From Candidatus Obscuribacteraceae bacterium (GTDB lineage: Bacteria; Cyanobacteriota; Vampirovibrionia; Obscuribacterales; Obscuribacteraceae): a stretch of DNA of 64,000 nucleotides. The position numbers and the translations under genes are program-made. How positions within the stretch are numbered: position 1 is the first letter of the stretch; each line of letters begins with the position of its first letter. The stretch covers positions 64,001-128,000 of the forward strand of contig JBGAHS010000006.1 in the NCBI GenBank assembly GCA_044226015.1, given 5' to 3'. Under the pieces are notes generated by a model, which did not search any database, was not told where the DNA came from, and worked only from the letters and a program-made list of their open reading frames with translations. Shown in pieces: positions 46,567 to 57,061 of this stretch.

Positions 46567-47550
46567 ATGCGCGCAATAGTTATCAAACAACCCGGTGGAC
46601 CGGAAGTACTGAGTCTCGAACAAGTTTCGGACCCAGAAGTGGCTAAGGGTGAAGCTCTAGTCAGAGTGAAAGCCACTGCAGTTAACCGGGCTGATGTAAT
46701 GCAGCGTATGGGTCACTACCCTTCGCCTCCTGACTCGCCGCCGGACATACCAGGACTTGAATACGCTGGTGTAGTTGAGGCTTTAGGTTCAGGTGTTAGC
46801 GACTTTCAGGTCGGAGACAAAGTCTTTGGTATCGCAGGTGGCGGCACATATGCTGATTACGTGGTAGTACCAGCACGCTGTTTAGCTCGTATGCCCGTCA
46901 AAATGTCTTTTGTGGAGGCGGCTTCCATTCCAGAAGTCTTCGTCACAGCTTATGATGCGATGGTCAGCCAGTGCGGCTTGATGACCGGTGAATCAGTGTT
47001 GATTCACGCGATAGGAAGCGGTGTTGGTTTGGCAGCTTTGCAGATAGCCAAGTTACTTGGCGCCACCACTTTCGGTACTGCAAGAACCAAAGAGAAGTTA
47101 GAGAACGCTCTTTCGCATGGCTTAGACCATGGCATTCTTGTAAGAGATGGCAAATTCGCTGAGCAAATCAAAGATATTATTCCCAGCGGAATAGATGTTA
47201 CGATGGAACTTGTTGGTGGTGATTATTTCAACGAAGATATCTCATGCGCCGCAGTCAAAGGACGTATCGTAGTCGTCGGGCTGATGGCTGGTTTGCATGT
47301 TGAGGCTGATTTAGGACAAATCTTGAGAAAGAGGCTGACTATAAAAGGCACCACACTCAGGATGCGCCCGCTCGAAGAGAAAATAGTTGCAGCGAAGCTC
47401 TTGCAAAATCAGATCGTTCCGCTCTTTGAGAAAGGTCTACTTAAGCCAACTATCGATAAAATTTACCCGCTCTCAGCTGCAGCAGAAGCTCATGAGCATA
47501 TGGGCAAAAATCAAAACTTTGGCAAAATTGTGCTTGAAATATCTAAGTGA
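46567..47550 (+). CDS. NAD(P)H-quinone oxidoreductase, PIG3/zeta-crystallin (MDR) family
   Basis: PGGPEVL, VNRADVMQRMGHYP.PP...IPGLEYAG, VLIHAIGSGVG, GKIVL. Confidence 0.92.
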   Translation: MRAIVIKQPGGPEVLSLEQVSDPEVAKGEALVRVKATAVNRADVMQRMGHYPSPPDSPPDIPGLEYAGVVEALGSGVSDFQVGDKVFGIAGGGTYADYVVVPARCLARMPVKMSFVEAASIPEVFVTAYDAMVSQCGLMTGESVLIHAIGSGVGLAALQIAKLLGATTFGTARTKEKLENALSHGLDHGILVRDGKFAEQIKDIIPSGIDVTMELVGGDYFNEDISCAAVKGRIVVVGLMAGLHVEADLGQILRKRLTIKGTTLRMRPLEEKIVAAKLLQNQIVPLFEKGLLKPTIDKIYPLSAAAEAHEHMGKNQNFGKIVLEISK

Positions 47551-48422
47551 CATACCGTCTCGTCCTCACTGAAGATGGCTCCCCTACGTTGAAGGATGAG
47601 GAGTCGGGCGAGTTGTATCACAATCGTGCTGGTGCCTATCTTGAAGCACTACTGAATTATGTTCAGCCATCTGCAGCATTAAAGGCACTAGACAGGCACG
47701 ATTCGCGGCTCATAGTTCTGGATGTTTGTTTTGGGTTAGGCTACAACAGTTTTGTCCTTCTTGAAGAAGCATTGAAGCACGCTTGCACTGGAAGTATCAG
47801 CTTGACGGCTATCGAGAAAAACATAGAGTTGCTTCACTTGCTCCCGGAAATAATAAGCAGTGGTAAGTTTCCATTTCTTGAAGAAATTCTTGAGAGAAAT
47901 AAGCGGCGAGGGCTGGCGCAACTAATGTGTGAACGTCGTTTTCGCGGAGGCAGAAATGATTTTGCTTTTGATATGGAAATAATAGAAGGAACCTTACAGG
48001 GACAGATTCAGAAAATACATGATGATTTTGACCTCATATTTCACGACCCGTTTTCCCCGAAACGTGCGCCAGAGCTATGGACGGCAGATATCTTCGGCAT
48101 GTACCAAAAGCTACTTCGAAATAGAAAAGGTGCTGTTTTAACCTATAGTTCGGCCTCTGCGGTTCGGGGCGGACTCAGAGAAGTCGGCTTTGAAGTGAGA
48201 AAAACTACCGCACTAGGAGGCAAGTCTGGCGGTACAATTGCAATGATTAGCGCTGAATCTGCCCATTTTAGCTTTTTGGAGCTTGGGGAAGACGAAGCAA
48301 AGAAACTCGACTCCGTATCTGGAGTACCCTACAGATCCAAGGGTTTTGGGATGGATCGTCCAAGTGTCTTGCGAACTCGAACTGAGGAGCAAGCGCAATA
48401 CAAGCGACTTGGAAAGGATTAG
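47547..48422 (+). CDS. mnmD: Stand-alone MnmC/MnmD-type SAM-dependent methyltransferase
   Basis: TEDGSPTL...ELYHNRAGA..E, VLDVCFGLGYN, DLIFHDPFSPKRAPELWT, TYSSASAVRGGL. Confidence 0.8.
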   Translation: MTYRLVLTEDGSPTLKDEESGELYHNRAGAYLEALLNYVQPSAALKALDRHDSRLIVLDVCFGLGYNSFVLLEEALKHACTGSISLTAIEKNIELLHLLPEIISSGKFPFLEEILERNKRRGLAQLMCERRFRGGRNDFAFDMEIIEGTLQGQIQKIHDDFDLIFHDPFSPKRAPELWTADIFGMYQKLLRNRKGAVLTYSSASAVRGGLREVGFEVRKTTALGGKSGGTIAMISAESAHFSFLELGEDEAKKLDSVSGVPYRSKGFGMDRPSVLRTRTEEQAQYKRLGKD

Positions 48423-48510
48423 CGGCTAACGCTGCTGGGTACGAAACGCTGGGGTGAGTCCGGCAGCAGAGCTGGATTCTTGACAATGTAACTGTAGGAA
48501 GTTTCCGATA

Positions 48511-51500
48511 ATGGAATTGCTAGCTGCTCTCATAATCTGTGGTGCCATAGGTGGATTGGGGTATGTCCTGATGACACTCTGGTTTGTGAAGTATCAACAA
48601 CTTATGGACGCGCAACAACAGAAGTCGTACGCGTTTTTGAAAGAAGCGTTGAACCAGAATGCCGAGCTGATGATGAGGAAACAGCAAGACCTCCTCGATC
48701 AGCACATGGAGTTATTAAAGAAGCAGCACACAGAAGCATTGCGTCAGGCAAAAGCAATGGCCGAATTGCAATCAAACATTGACCTTGAATCTTTGCGTTA
48801 TCTAGTCGAACACACCTCCAAAGTCGCGGAAGTACAAGTTATTACCTCATTGCTGCCAATGGTGGGTCATAACCCGGAAGCAAACAAAGCAATTGAATTT
48901 GCCATGTCATTCTTGCACAATCATGATATTGTCCAGGGCGTCAAAGGCATGATGAAATCTAGCTCTGTTCCACTGATAGGAGCGCCGACGGTCATTCGTA
49001 CCACGGCACCAAATATGGTGCCAAATTTTCTGCCTTCCTCGGCTCAGTCGAACACTGCCGAAGCTTCGAAATTCTCCTCTACCCCGACGGTTCCACCCAC
49101 TCTGGTTACAGCACCTGCAGAACCAGCTGAATTGGAGTCTTTTGCGCCAAATTCAGATGCTGCATCCAATTCGTCGCAGACCGTTGGAGTTTCTACCTTC
49201 AATTCAAGTTCAGGTCAAAGCCTTTTAGGGGCAACTGACATTGCTCCTTCAAAAGAAGATGCTGCGCGGCTTGAGCAAGAAGAAGCAATCAATAGGTTGT
49301 TTGCCGAAACAGAGCAGAAAAAACAGGCTGAGGAAATTGAGAAGGCGCGTCAAGGCGAAGCCGAACAGAAGCGCATGGCCGAACAAGCCAAACAGATTCA
49401 AGCTGAAGCAGAAGCTGCTGCTGCAAAACTAGCAGAAGAACAGCGCAAGAAAGATGAAGAGGCTGCCAAATTAGCAGCAGAGCAAAAGCAACTTGAAGAA
49501 GAAAAGGCGGCCTTCGCGCAGGCGACTGCGGCAGCTGAAGCGGAGAGATTGCGTCAGGCTGAGCTGGCGAAACAGCAAGAAGAGCGCAGTCGTCAGGAAG
49601 AGGAAAGAAATCGATTAGCTGAGCAAGCTAGGCTTGAAGAGGAGAAGAAGCAGTCTGACGCAGCTAAGGCTGCAGAGGAAGAAAAACAACGCCAGCTCGA
49701 AGCGGCGATGATAGCTGAAGAGACTAAGAAAAGAGAGGCAGCGGCAGCAGCTGCCGCCGCTGCCGTGGCGACTCAAGTCAGCGGAAAACCTGCATCAGGC
49801 AAGACAGCCGAAGAAGAAGCTGCCGAACGTTTGTTTGGCGCAGGACCGCAAGCAAACAAAGGCTTGTTGAGTGTTACAGATAACGAGCTGGGTAATCTCT
49901 TCGATCAGATTTTGTCTAAAGATTCGAAAGATAAGGCACCAGATGTTGATGACGAGGAAGTTCGGCGCCGCATAGAAGCTGCTGATTCTAAGCGTCTTGA
50001 AGAACAGTTAGCCGAGGAATTGCTTAAGGAAGAAGAATTCGTTGCGCTTTTGAAACGACAAGAGGAAGAAGCTGCAATTATCGCTCAGGCTGCAGTAGAG
50101 GCAGCAGCTCTTCTTGCAGCAGAAGAGGCTAAACCTTCGGAGGCAGAAATTGCAGCGAAAAGTGCTGCAGAGGAAGAGCGCCTGCAAGCTGAGAAAGACG
50201 CCGAAGCCAGGCTGTTTGGAAATTTATTTGGTGCTCAAAAGTCTGAAGACATTGCCGAGAAGCAAAGGCAGGCTGATGAAGCAGAGAAGCTTCGCAGAGA
50301 AGAGTCCGAAGAGAAACGCCGTTTGGCGGCTGCAGTTGAGAAAGAATTGATGGCTCGCGAACAAGCGAAAAAACGCGCCGCTGAGGCAATCAAAAATGCT
50401 GCACCAACTACAATACCATCTCCGCAGAATTCAGGTTCTTTCGCTGCAGCCAAAGTGGCTGCAGCCGCAGCAGCGTCAGCTGCCGTAAGCAATGTTGCTC
50501 AGTCTGTACCTCCAACGCCGACACCACCGCCTGTAAACAGTCCGGCTGCCGACAGCAAGCAAAAGGCGATGGAGGCTGCCGAGAAGAAGCTAGCCGCATT
50601 GTCTGGACTTGGACGTCCAGATGATGTCCAGCAAATGGAATTCGAAAAAGTGCGCGATCTCGAAGCACAAAAACTTCTAGAAGATTCTGAACGCATGCGA
50701 CCAAAAGAGCAGCTCGACGCAGCCACTGAACGCTTGATGGCTATGGAAGCCAAAGGCATGTCGTTCTCCTTCGATTCGCAAGCAACGGTCGAACAGCCAT
50801 TCTCTGAGGCATTTACGAGAGATGGAAACAGATTGTATGACCAGGGTAAATATGCTGAGGCTGAAAAACACTACAGAGCAGCCTTGCCAACTCTTGAAGA
50901 AGTGATGGGACGTGAGCATCTTGCAGTGGTTGAGATATTGCACAAATTAGGCACCATTGCGTTTCGTCGCGGCAAGTATGCTGACGCTGAAGAAACTTTC
51001 CAACAAGCTTTGGTTCGTCGTGTAATGGCACTCGGCGGAAATCATCCTGACACTGTCACTACTTTGAACGACCTGGGTCAGCTCTATACTCGACGCGCCA
51101 ATTACAAGGAAGCGAAGAGAGTTTTGACAGAAGCTCTGGAGCTGCGCAGGTTGGTTTTTGGCGATGAACATAGAGCAACTGCTCAAACCTGTCATGACAT
51201 TGGACTTCTATACATGGCTCAGGGTCAATACAATGACGCAGGCATTATGATGGAACGTGCCTATGCAATGAGAAAGAAGATCTTCGGAGATGATCATGTT
51301 GATTCTGTACAGAGCAAGAGCGATATTGGCAGACTCTGCCTCTTATTGGACAAGCTTGCTCAGGCGGAAAAGTTGCTTTCACAAGCACTAGCTTACAGGA
51401 AAGAAAAGCTGGGTGAGGAGCATCCTGACTATGCGCAGACACTTCAATATTATGGAGAATATCTGTGCAGGTTAGGCAACTATGCAAGTGCTCAACCTTT

Positions 51501-52128
51501 GCTTGAACATTCACTTTCTGTGCGAAAGAAATGCCTGGGTGAAAGGCATCCTGATACTGCAGCTAGTTTCAATCAACTTGGTGTGCTCTGCTTACACCAG
51601 TCTGAGTTTGAGGAATCTAAGCGCAACCTCAGTCAGGCGCTCTATATTCGCAAGACGAGTCTCGGCGAAAATCATCCGGATACTGCCTCGTCGATGCATG
51701 ACTTCGGGAAACTATGTTGGGTCCGAGGCACCGCAGGTGAGGACACACAACTTGCTGAAGGTATGCCATTGCTCGAGAAATCTCTAGCAATTAGAAAGAA
51801 TATTCTTGGAGAAGGCCACCCCGACACACTTGAATCTATGACGAGTTTAGGTGGAATTCTTACATCTTTGAATAGTCCTGGTGAAGCAGAACCACTGTTG
51901 CGAACGTCTTTTTCAAAGAGAAAAGAGCTGTTCGGATTACATCACATTTGTGTTGCAGAAAGTGCACATGCTCTTGCTGAGTGCTTGTTGAAATTGGGTC
52001 GCAATCAAGATGCCCGTCCTCTTCTAGATGAGGAAGTCACCGTCAGGGCAAATGTTCTGGGGCACGATAATCCGCAAGTTTCCAGTGCACGTATGGAAGG
52101 GCAGAGGCTTCTAGCCATGAAGCATTAG
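48511..52128 (+). CDS. Large membrane-anchored coiled-coil protein with ~10 C-terminal 42-aa (KLC-type) TPRs
   Basis: N-terminal TM, E/K/A/Q-rich coiled coil, repeats of LGxxHPDTAxSLxxLG. Confidence 0.88.
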   Translation: MELLAALIICGAIGGLGYVLMTLWFVKYQQLMDAQQQKSYAFLKEALNQNAELMMRKQQDLLDQHMELLKKQHTEALRQAKAMAELQSNIDLESLRYLVEHTSKVAEVQVITSLLPMVGHNPEANKAIEFAMSFLHNHDIVQGVKGMMKSSSVPLIGAPTVIRTTAPNMVPNFLPSSAQSNTAEASKFSSTPTVPPTLVTAPAEPAELESFAPNSDAASNSSQTVGVSTFNSSSGQSLLGATDIAPSKEDAARLEQEEAINRLFAETEQKKQAEEIEKARQGEAEQKRMAEQAKQIQAEAEAAAAKLAEEQRKKDEEAAKLAAEQKQLEEEKAAFAQATAAAEAERLRQAELAKQQEERSRQEEERNRLAEQARLEEEKKQSDAAKAAEEEKQRQLEAAMIAEETKKREAAAAAAAAAVATQVSGKPASGKTAEEEAAERLFGAGPQANKGLLSVTDNELGNLFDQILSKDSKDKAPDVDDEEVRRRIEAADSKRLEEQLAEELLKEEEFVALLKRQEEEAAIIAQAAVEAAALLAAEEAKPSEAEIAAKSAAEEERLQAEKDAEARLFGNLFGAQKSEDIAEKQRQADEAEKLRREESEEKRRLAAAVEKELMAREQAKKRAAEAIKNAAPTTIPSPQNSGSFAAAKVAAAAAASAAVSNVAQSVPPTPTPPPVNSPAADSKQKAMEAAEKKLAALSGLGRPDDVQQMEFEKVRDLEAQKLLEDSERMRPKEQLDAATERLMAMEAKGMSFSFDSQATVEQPFSEAFTRDGNRLYDQGKYAEAEKHYRAALPTLEEVMGREHLAVVEILHKLGTIAFRRGKYADAEETFQQALVRRVMALGGNHPDTVTTLNDLGQLYTRRANYKEAKRVLTEALELRRLVFGDEHRATAQTCHDIGLLYMAQGQYNDAGIMMERAYAMRKKIFGDDHVDSVQSKSDIGRLCLLLDKLAQAEKLLSQALAYRKEKLGEEHPDYAQTLQYYGEYLCRLGNYASAQPLLEHSLSVRKKCLGERHPDTAASFNQLGVLCLHQSEFEESKRNLSQALYIRKTSLGENHPDTASSMHDFGKLCWVRGTAGEDTQLAEGMPLLEKSLAIRKNILGEGHPDTLESMTSLGGILTSLNSPGEAEPLLRTSFSKRKELFGLHHICVAESAHALAECLLKLGRNQDARPLLDEEVTVRANVLGHDNPQVSSARMEGQRLLAMKH

Positions 52129-52159
52129 GCTCGCGTAACGTGTGCATTTGTTGATATCT

Positions 52160-52194
52160 AAAAAGAACTCGTAAGTTGATTGCGAGTTCTTTTA
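52160..52194. terminator. Bidirectional intrinsic terminator
   Basis: AAAAGAACTCGTAA-GTTGA-TTGCGAGTTCTTTT. Confidence 0.75.
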
Positions 52195-52409
52195 TCTTTG
52201 TTGAGCCTGAAAACGAGAAGTCCATTTTTACTGGGCAACTCTCGCAACTCACAGGATGTACTAAAGCTTCCCGATAATTCGAATAAAAAATAGGAATCCG
52301 GGCTATTCGGAATCAGTAGCAGTACGTGCAAGGAAGGGTGCAATACCTGAGTATTGAAATGAGGATCCAATAAGGAGTTCGGCGAATGCTTCGCGAAAAT
52401 AAAAAGAAC

Positions 52410-53483
52410 CTAGACGATGCCGCCGCGAAGAAGATCCTTTAGATGAATGATTCCTGTCGGCTTCTCCTCAGCATCAAGAATAAGCAAATCGGAGATTGAA
52501 TGGGTCTCCATAATTTTCAATGCTTCTGCTGCAAGTGAGTTTGAGCAGATTGTCTTCGGATTTAGCGTCATGAATTCCTGAGCCTTCATTTTGAAAGCGC
52601 GGGAGCCCCATCGAACCATCGCTCGCCTGACGTCGCCGTCGGTAATGATACCAGCCACGGTGCCTTCTGGTTTCAGGACAACGGTAAATCCTAGTTTCTT
52701 TTTGTCGATTTCTGTCAGGACTTTGTCATAGACTTCGTTTTCTGCAACTGTTGGCACATCTACGCCCTTGCGCATCAAATCACTAACTTTGACTAGCTGC
52801 TTACCAAGACTGCCGCCCGGGTGCGAACGTGCAAAATCCTCGGCTTTGAATCCCTTCTGTGTCATCAAGGCTATCGCGATAGCATCACCCATGGCTAGTG
52901 CTGCAGTCGTTGACGATGTTGGTGCCAGGTTAAGCGGACATGCTTCACGTTCAACAGCAACATCCAGAACAACATCACTAAATTGGGCTAGTGTAGATTT
53001 TGAATTCCCTGTCAGCGAAATGATTGGCAAACCCAGCCTTTTAATCGGATCGAGAACCAGCTTAATTTCTTGAGTCTCTCCAGTTGCCGATAGGGCAATG
53101 ACTACATCTCGAGAATCCAACATGCCGAAATCGCCGTGACGCAATTCAGCGGGATGAACAAAAAACGCGGGAGTTCCAGTCGATGCAAGTGTTGCGGCGA
53201 TCTTGTTGGCAATGTGCCCGGACTTGCCCATGCCAGTTACAACAACCTTGCCCTGACATTTTGTTAAGAGCTGTATCGCGTTCACAAAACGATCGTCTAG
53301 CTTTCGTGTCAGTCGTAGTACCGCCTCAGACTCTAGTTCAAGCACATTCCTGGCGTTTGCTAGAATCTCCTGAGCCTCTGGAAGAGCTGTAAATGTTTCT
53401 CCGTTGGCTGCAAACGGCTCAAAATTTGTCAATTTCTGCGAAAATTCTTTCATTAGTACTCGTCTTTCTTGACCCGCTGCCAT
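52410..53483 (-). CDS. kdsD: Arabinose-5-phosphate isomerase KdsD/GutQ (SIS + 2 CBS)
   Basis: VTGMGKSGHIANKIAATLASTGTPAFFVHPAE..HGD.G, EACPLNLAPTSST, HPGGSLG. The start may be 53453. Confidence 0.95.
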   Translation of the reverse strand: MAAGQERRVLMKEFSQKLTNFEPFAANGETFTALPEAQEILANARNVLELESEAVLRLTRKLDDRFVNAIQLLTKCQGKVVVTGMGKSGHIANKIAATLASTGTPAFFVHPAELRHGDFGMLDSRDVVIALSATGETQEIKLVLDPIKRLGLPIISLTGNSKSTLAQFSDVVLDVAVEREACPLNLAPTSSTTAALAMGDAIAIALMTQKGFKAEDFARSHPGGSLGKQLVKVSDLMRKGVDVPTVAENEVYDKVLTEIDKKKLGFTVVLKPEGTVAGIITDGDVRRAMVRWGSRAFKMKAQEFMTLNPKTICSNSLAAEALKIMETHSISDLLILDAEEKPTGIIHLKDLLRGGIV

Positions 53484-53597
53484 TGTACCGAGTGATGTAC
53501 TTTGATACTTGAGAAGCTGTTCAAGATGAAATTGGTCTCAGGACGTGGCACAAAATAGATATCGGCGAAAAGCTAGTTGAGGAGTACCAAAAGAGCA

Positions 53598-55664
53598 ATG
53601 TTTACACCTGGTGACAAGCTCGAGTTTGGACATTACACAATTCTGAGGGAACTTGGTTCCGGAGGTATGGGTGTTGTATATCACTGCCGTGATGAATTCC
53701 TTCAACGCGAAATCGCTATAAAAATGATGCTGCCAGAGCTCATGTCAGAGCCAGATACTGTCGAGATTTTTCGTCAAGAGGCAAGGCTTGCTGCTCAACT
53801 CGAACATCCTGGTATCGTCACTATCCACAATATTGGTGTCGAAAATCGAGAAGGCAACACGCATCATTATATTGCAATGGAATTCTTGCCTGGTGGCAGT
53901 TTGCGCGGGCGCATCGGTAAAGAGCCCGTACAGATCGAACAAGCTGTAGAGTGGATGAAACAACTTGCGACAGCTCTGAATTATGCACATAAGAGAGGTG
54001 TCGTCCATCAAGACATCAAGCCGGACAATATTTTTATTACTCACGATGGCAATCTGAAAATCGGTGATTTCGGATTAGCACTTATCGCAACGGGACCTGC
54101 GTTCGAGCGTCATGCCCAGGGAAAAGGTACGCCTGCATATATGTCCCCTGAATTGTGTCGCGGCGAACCTCGCGACCATCGCTCTGATATTTATTCACTT
54201 GGTGCAGTGTTCTACGAAATGCTCACAGGTGAAAAGCCTTATAAAGCTGATGGCATGATTGAAATGGCTTTGAAGCATGCAACAGCACCGATTCCACAAG
54301 CATCGAAGTTGCGTCCTGACATTCCGCCTTTGCTAGACAAGGCACTGAAGGTGATGCTCACAAAAATGCCGGAAGATAGACTGCAATCTTTGAATGATTT
54401 GCTTCCATCACTTGAGAAACTTTTGTTGGAAATCAAAGTGGCAAGACTCGGCATATCTCAGCCTTCTCCAGGTCTAGATGGCAAGAAAGGTGATGATAAC
54501 AAGCAGCCGGGCGAACAATCGATAGACTTCAGTCCTGCAGAAGCAGAAAAGCGGAAGGAATCGGCGGCGACTGCGGCGGCAAGTGCCAGGGAAGCCAAAG
54601 AAGCGGCGGCAACAGCCGCGCAAGAAGCTAATGCTGTCATTAATGATAATCCGAATCTGAGTGCGGAAAAAGAAAAGTCCATTGAATTGCTTTGGACTTT
54701 CAAAACTTTTGGACCCATCGGATGGTCGGCCACACCGGTGCTGAACAGAACGAGAAAGGAAATTTACGTTCCTTCTGCCGATGGAATAATGTACGCTCTA
54801 GATATGAATACTGGTGCATGCAACTGGCATTACAACGCCGGTTCACCGCTAGTAAGTTCAGTTCTTCAGTTGAATAGCGAAATTTATTTTACTGCAAGCG
54901 ACGGCACGATTCATTGTGTCTCTGCTGAGAGTGGCAAGAAATTGTGGATTCACGAGGGCAGCAGCCCTGCAGTTTCTACGCCTGTCACTGCCGGTGATGC
55001 GATTCTTGTCACCGCCCTTGATGGCGGAGTGAAGTCGTTGAATTCAAAAGACGGTGCAGTTAATTGGACATATCGCTGCGACAAAGGCGTTGTTGCGAGC
55101 CCCCAAATCGTGGAGAAGGCAGCCTTCATTGCTAGTAAAGATAAGGGACTGCACGCTATAGATTTGAACTCTGGCAGTCGAAAATGGTTTGCTGAGTCAA
55201 CAGATGCAATGCTTGCTAGTGTTCTTGCATCAACAGACAGTGTTTATTGCGCAAGCATTGACGGCAACATCATGGCTGTGGATATTTCGTCTGGCAGCAA
55301 GACATGGTCGTACAAATCAAGCTATTCCTTCCTCTGCAAAGGAAATCTGGAATTTACGTCACTGAACTATTGCACAAAAGATGGTTTCGTTCATAGTTTG
55401 GATAAATACAAAGGCAACCTCCTCTGGAGAACTAAAGCTTCTGGACCAGTTCTTGGTGGTATCACCAGCTCCAGTGGCGCTTTGTACGTGTCCAGCAGAA
55501 ACGGAGTTCTGCATTGCTACAATGCGAAGACTGGTGAGCTAAATTGGTATTTGAGCTTCCCTTGTGCCTTGGAATCAGCTCCACTGGTTTCTAGCACTGT
55601 AATCTACCAGGGGACCGTTACCGGGGAAGTGCAGGCTCTGTCAGCTCCAGCTAAAGCTAAATAA
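53598..55664 (+). CDS. Hanks-type Ser/Thr kinase with C-terminal PQQ-type beta-propeller (AfsK-like)
   Basis: LGSGGMGVVY, IAIK, HQDIKPDNI, DFG, GTPAYMSPE, DIYSLG. W-containing propeller repeats (YALDMNTGACNWHY). No TM segment. Confidence 0.92.
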   Translation: MFTPGDKLEFGHYTILRELGSGGMGVVYHCRDEFLQREIAIKMMLPELMSEPDTVEIFRQEARLAAQLEHPGIVTIHNIGVENREGNTHHYIAMEFLPGGSLRGRIGKEPVQIEQAVEWMKQLATALNYAHKRGVVHQDIKPDNIFITHDGNLKIGDFGLALIATGPAFERHAQGKGTPAYMSPELCRGEPRDHRSDIYSLGAVFYEMLTGEKPYKADGMIEMALKHATAPIPQASKLRPDIPPLLDKALKVMLTKMPEDRLQSLNDLLPSLEKLLLEIKVARLGISQPSPGLDGKKGDDNKQPGEQSIDFSPAEAEKRKESAATAAASAREAKEAAATAAQEANAVINDNPNLSAEKEKSIELLWTFKTFGPIGWSATPVLNRTRKEIYVPSADGIMYALDMNTGACNWHYNAGSPLVSSVLQLNSEIYFTASDGTIHCVSAESGKKLWIHEGSSPAVSTPVTAGDAILVTALDGGVKSLNSKDGAVNWTYRCDKGVVASPQIVEKAAFIASKDKGLHAIDLNSGSRKWFAESTDAMLASVLASTDSVYCASIDGNIMAVDISSGSKTWSYKSSYSFLCKGNLEFTSLNYCTKDGFVHSLDKYKGNLLWRTKASGPVLGGITSSSGALYVSSRNGVLHCYNAKTGELNWYLSFPCALESAPLVSSTVIYQGTVTGEVQALSAPAKAK

Positions 55665-55924
55665 GAAGCGAGCTTGTTGCTGCGTGACTTTCCTTAGTGC
55701 GATTCTTTTCAATCTATCTGAGACAGAACCTCGAAGCTAGCAGGATGCTGGCTCTCCCCTCAGCGAATATCGAGCGCGCCAGGTGCATGCTCCCCGGGGT
55801 CAGGGGCTCGGTCTATTGACGGATATTGAAATAAATATCGAAACAGAAGCCACCATCTTGGAACATTTTTCATCTCTTCGAAGACATATTACATATCGCT
55901 ATCGTGCTATCCGGGAAACCCATT

Positions 55925-57061
55925 ATGCTCAACATTCTAAAAATGAGTGGACTATTCAAATCCAACGACCAGGTAAACACAACCCAAGCAACTACTGAAG
56001 CTGTTGTGAATAATAACGACTTAGTTCAGCAAGAGCCTGTTTTGAAGGTCAGTCATTTGCATGTAGCAAGAGCGTTGAGAACGATAGAAGATATAAAGTC
56101 TCGTTACCCCGAACATTTTCCGCGCTCGACCAGTGCCCCTATCGAGCGAACTATGGCCGATGGAAGTGTTCATAAGTTCTTTGCGGATCATTCATTGCTA
56201 GTACAAGACAGCAATGGGCTTGTGGTCAAAACGCGTGATGTTCGAAATCAGATCAGAGAGTTTCGAATCAGTCAGAATGGACAGACAGAAATGTGCTTTC
56301 TAGGGCAGTGGAAGCAACTCTCGGCAGATCAAAAGATTCTTCCTGATGGAACTTTTGTCCTTGAGACTAAGAACAAGAGAGTGCATCAAAAGTTAGATGG
56401 AACCACAATGACCGTCTGCCTCGATAAAGGGGCAGTGATGGAAACAAACCCTGTGAGTAAAAGTGATATTGTTCTCTACTCTAATGGCACAGTGCTGATC
56501 AGAAGGGTAGATGAAGTAAATATTGAAGAGCAGATTGTTTTGAAGGACTCGAAAGAAGTTTCGCGCTCAAAGATTTTTCCGAGAAACAATTTGATAAATG
56601 TTGAAATTGGATCTTATGTTCAGCGAATTCTTGCCGGAAGAATTGACACGGATGTTTGCGACGGCAAGCCAGTTAGAAAAACATTTCTGGCATCAGGTCT
56701 TGAACTGCAACCTGTCAGCTTGAAATTCGCCCAGATAGAAGTTTTTGGCAAAGTCAGCAAAGTCGAAATTCAATACAATAACGGCGAAGTTATTGCGGCC
56801 AGTGTTGCTATGAATGACCCGATAGACTATAGCTTTTCAGGGCAGCCGAAAGTATTTCATGCTCATAGTTCAGTTCTGAAGCTGCAGAAGCGCACCAAAG
56901 ACGGTGCTTTTGAAGCAGTTCTGACAAATGAAGAGTCGGGTGAAAGTGTTCAGGTTGGAGTCGTTCAATCGCTGGAAACCCATAGTGGCTTCGCTTTGCC
57001 ACGGAATGCTCGTTTTTCAAGCACCGGTGAACATAGTGCTGCGAGAAACTTCTTCAGCTAA
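55925..57061 (+). CDS. Hypothetical beta-rich protein with xxDG-turn hairpin repeats
   Basis: Long ORF with repeated ADGS/SNG/PDGT/LDGT turns; start uncertain (55904/55925/55943). Confidence 0.65.
   Translation: MLNILKMSGLFKSNDQVNTTQATTEAVVNNNDLVQQEPVLKVSHLHVARALRTIEDIKSRYPEHFPRSTSAPIERTMADGSVHKFFADHSLLVQDSNGLVVKTRDVRNQIREFRISQNGQTEMCFLGQWKQLSADQKILPDGTFVLETKNKRVHQKLDGTTMTVCLDKGAVMETNPVSKSDIVLYSNGTVLIRRVDEVNIEEQIVLKDSKEVSRSKIFPRNNLINVEIGSYVQRILAGRIDTDVCDGKPVRKTFLASGLELQPVSLKFAQIEVFGKVSKVEIQYNNGEVIAASVAMNDPIDYSFSGQPKVFHAHSSVLKLQKRTKDGAFEAVLTNEESGESVQVGVVQSLETHSGFALPRNARFSSTGEHSAARNFFS

Noticed and set aside
55746..55900. GC-rich stretch and GATATT-N6-AATATC inverted repeat as ncRNA or operator
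   Set aside because: Single short occurrence with no recognisable RNA family; could be chance.
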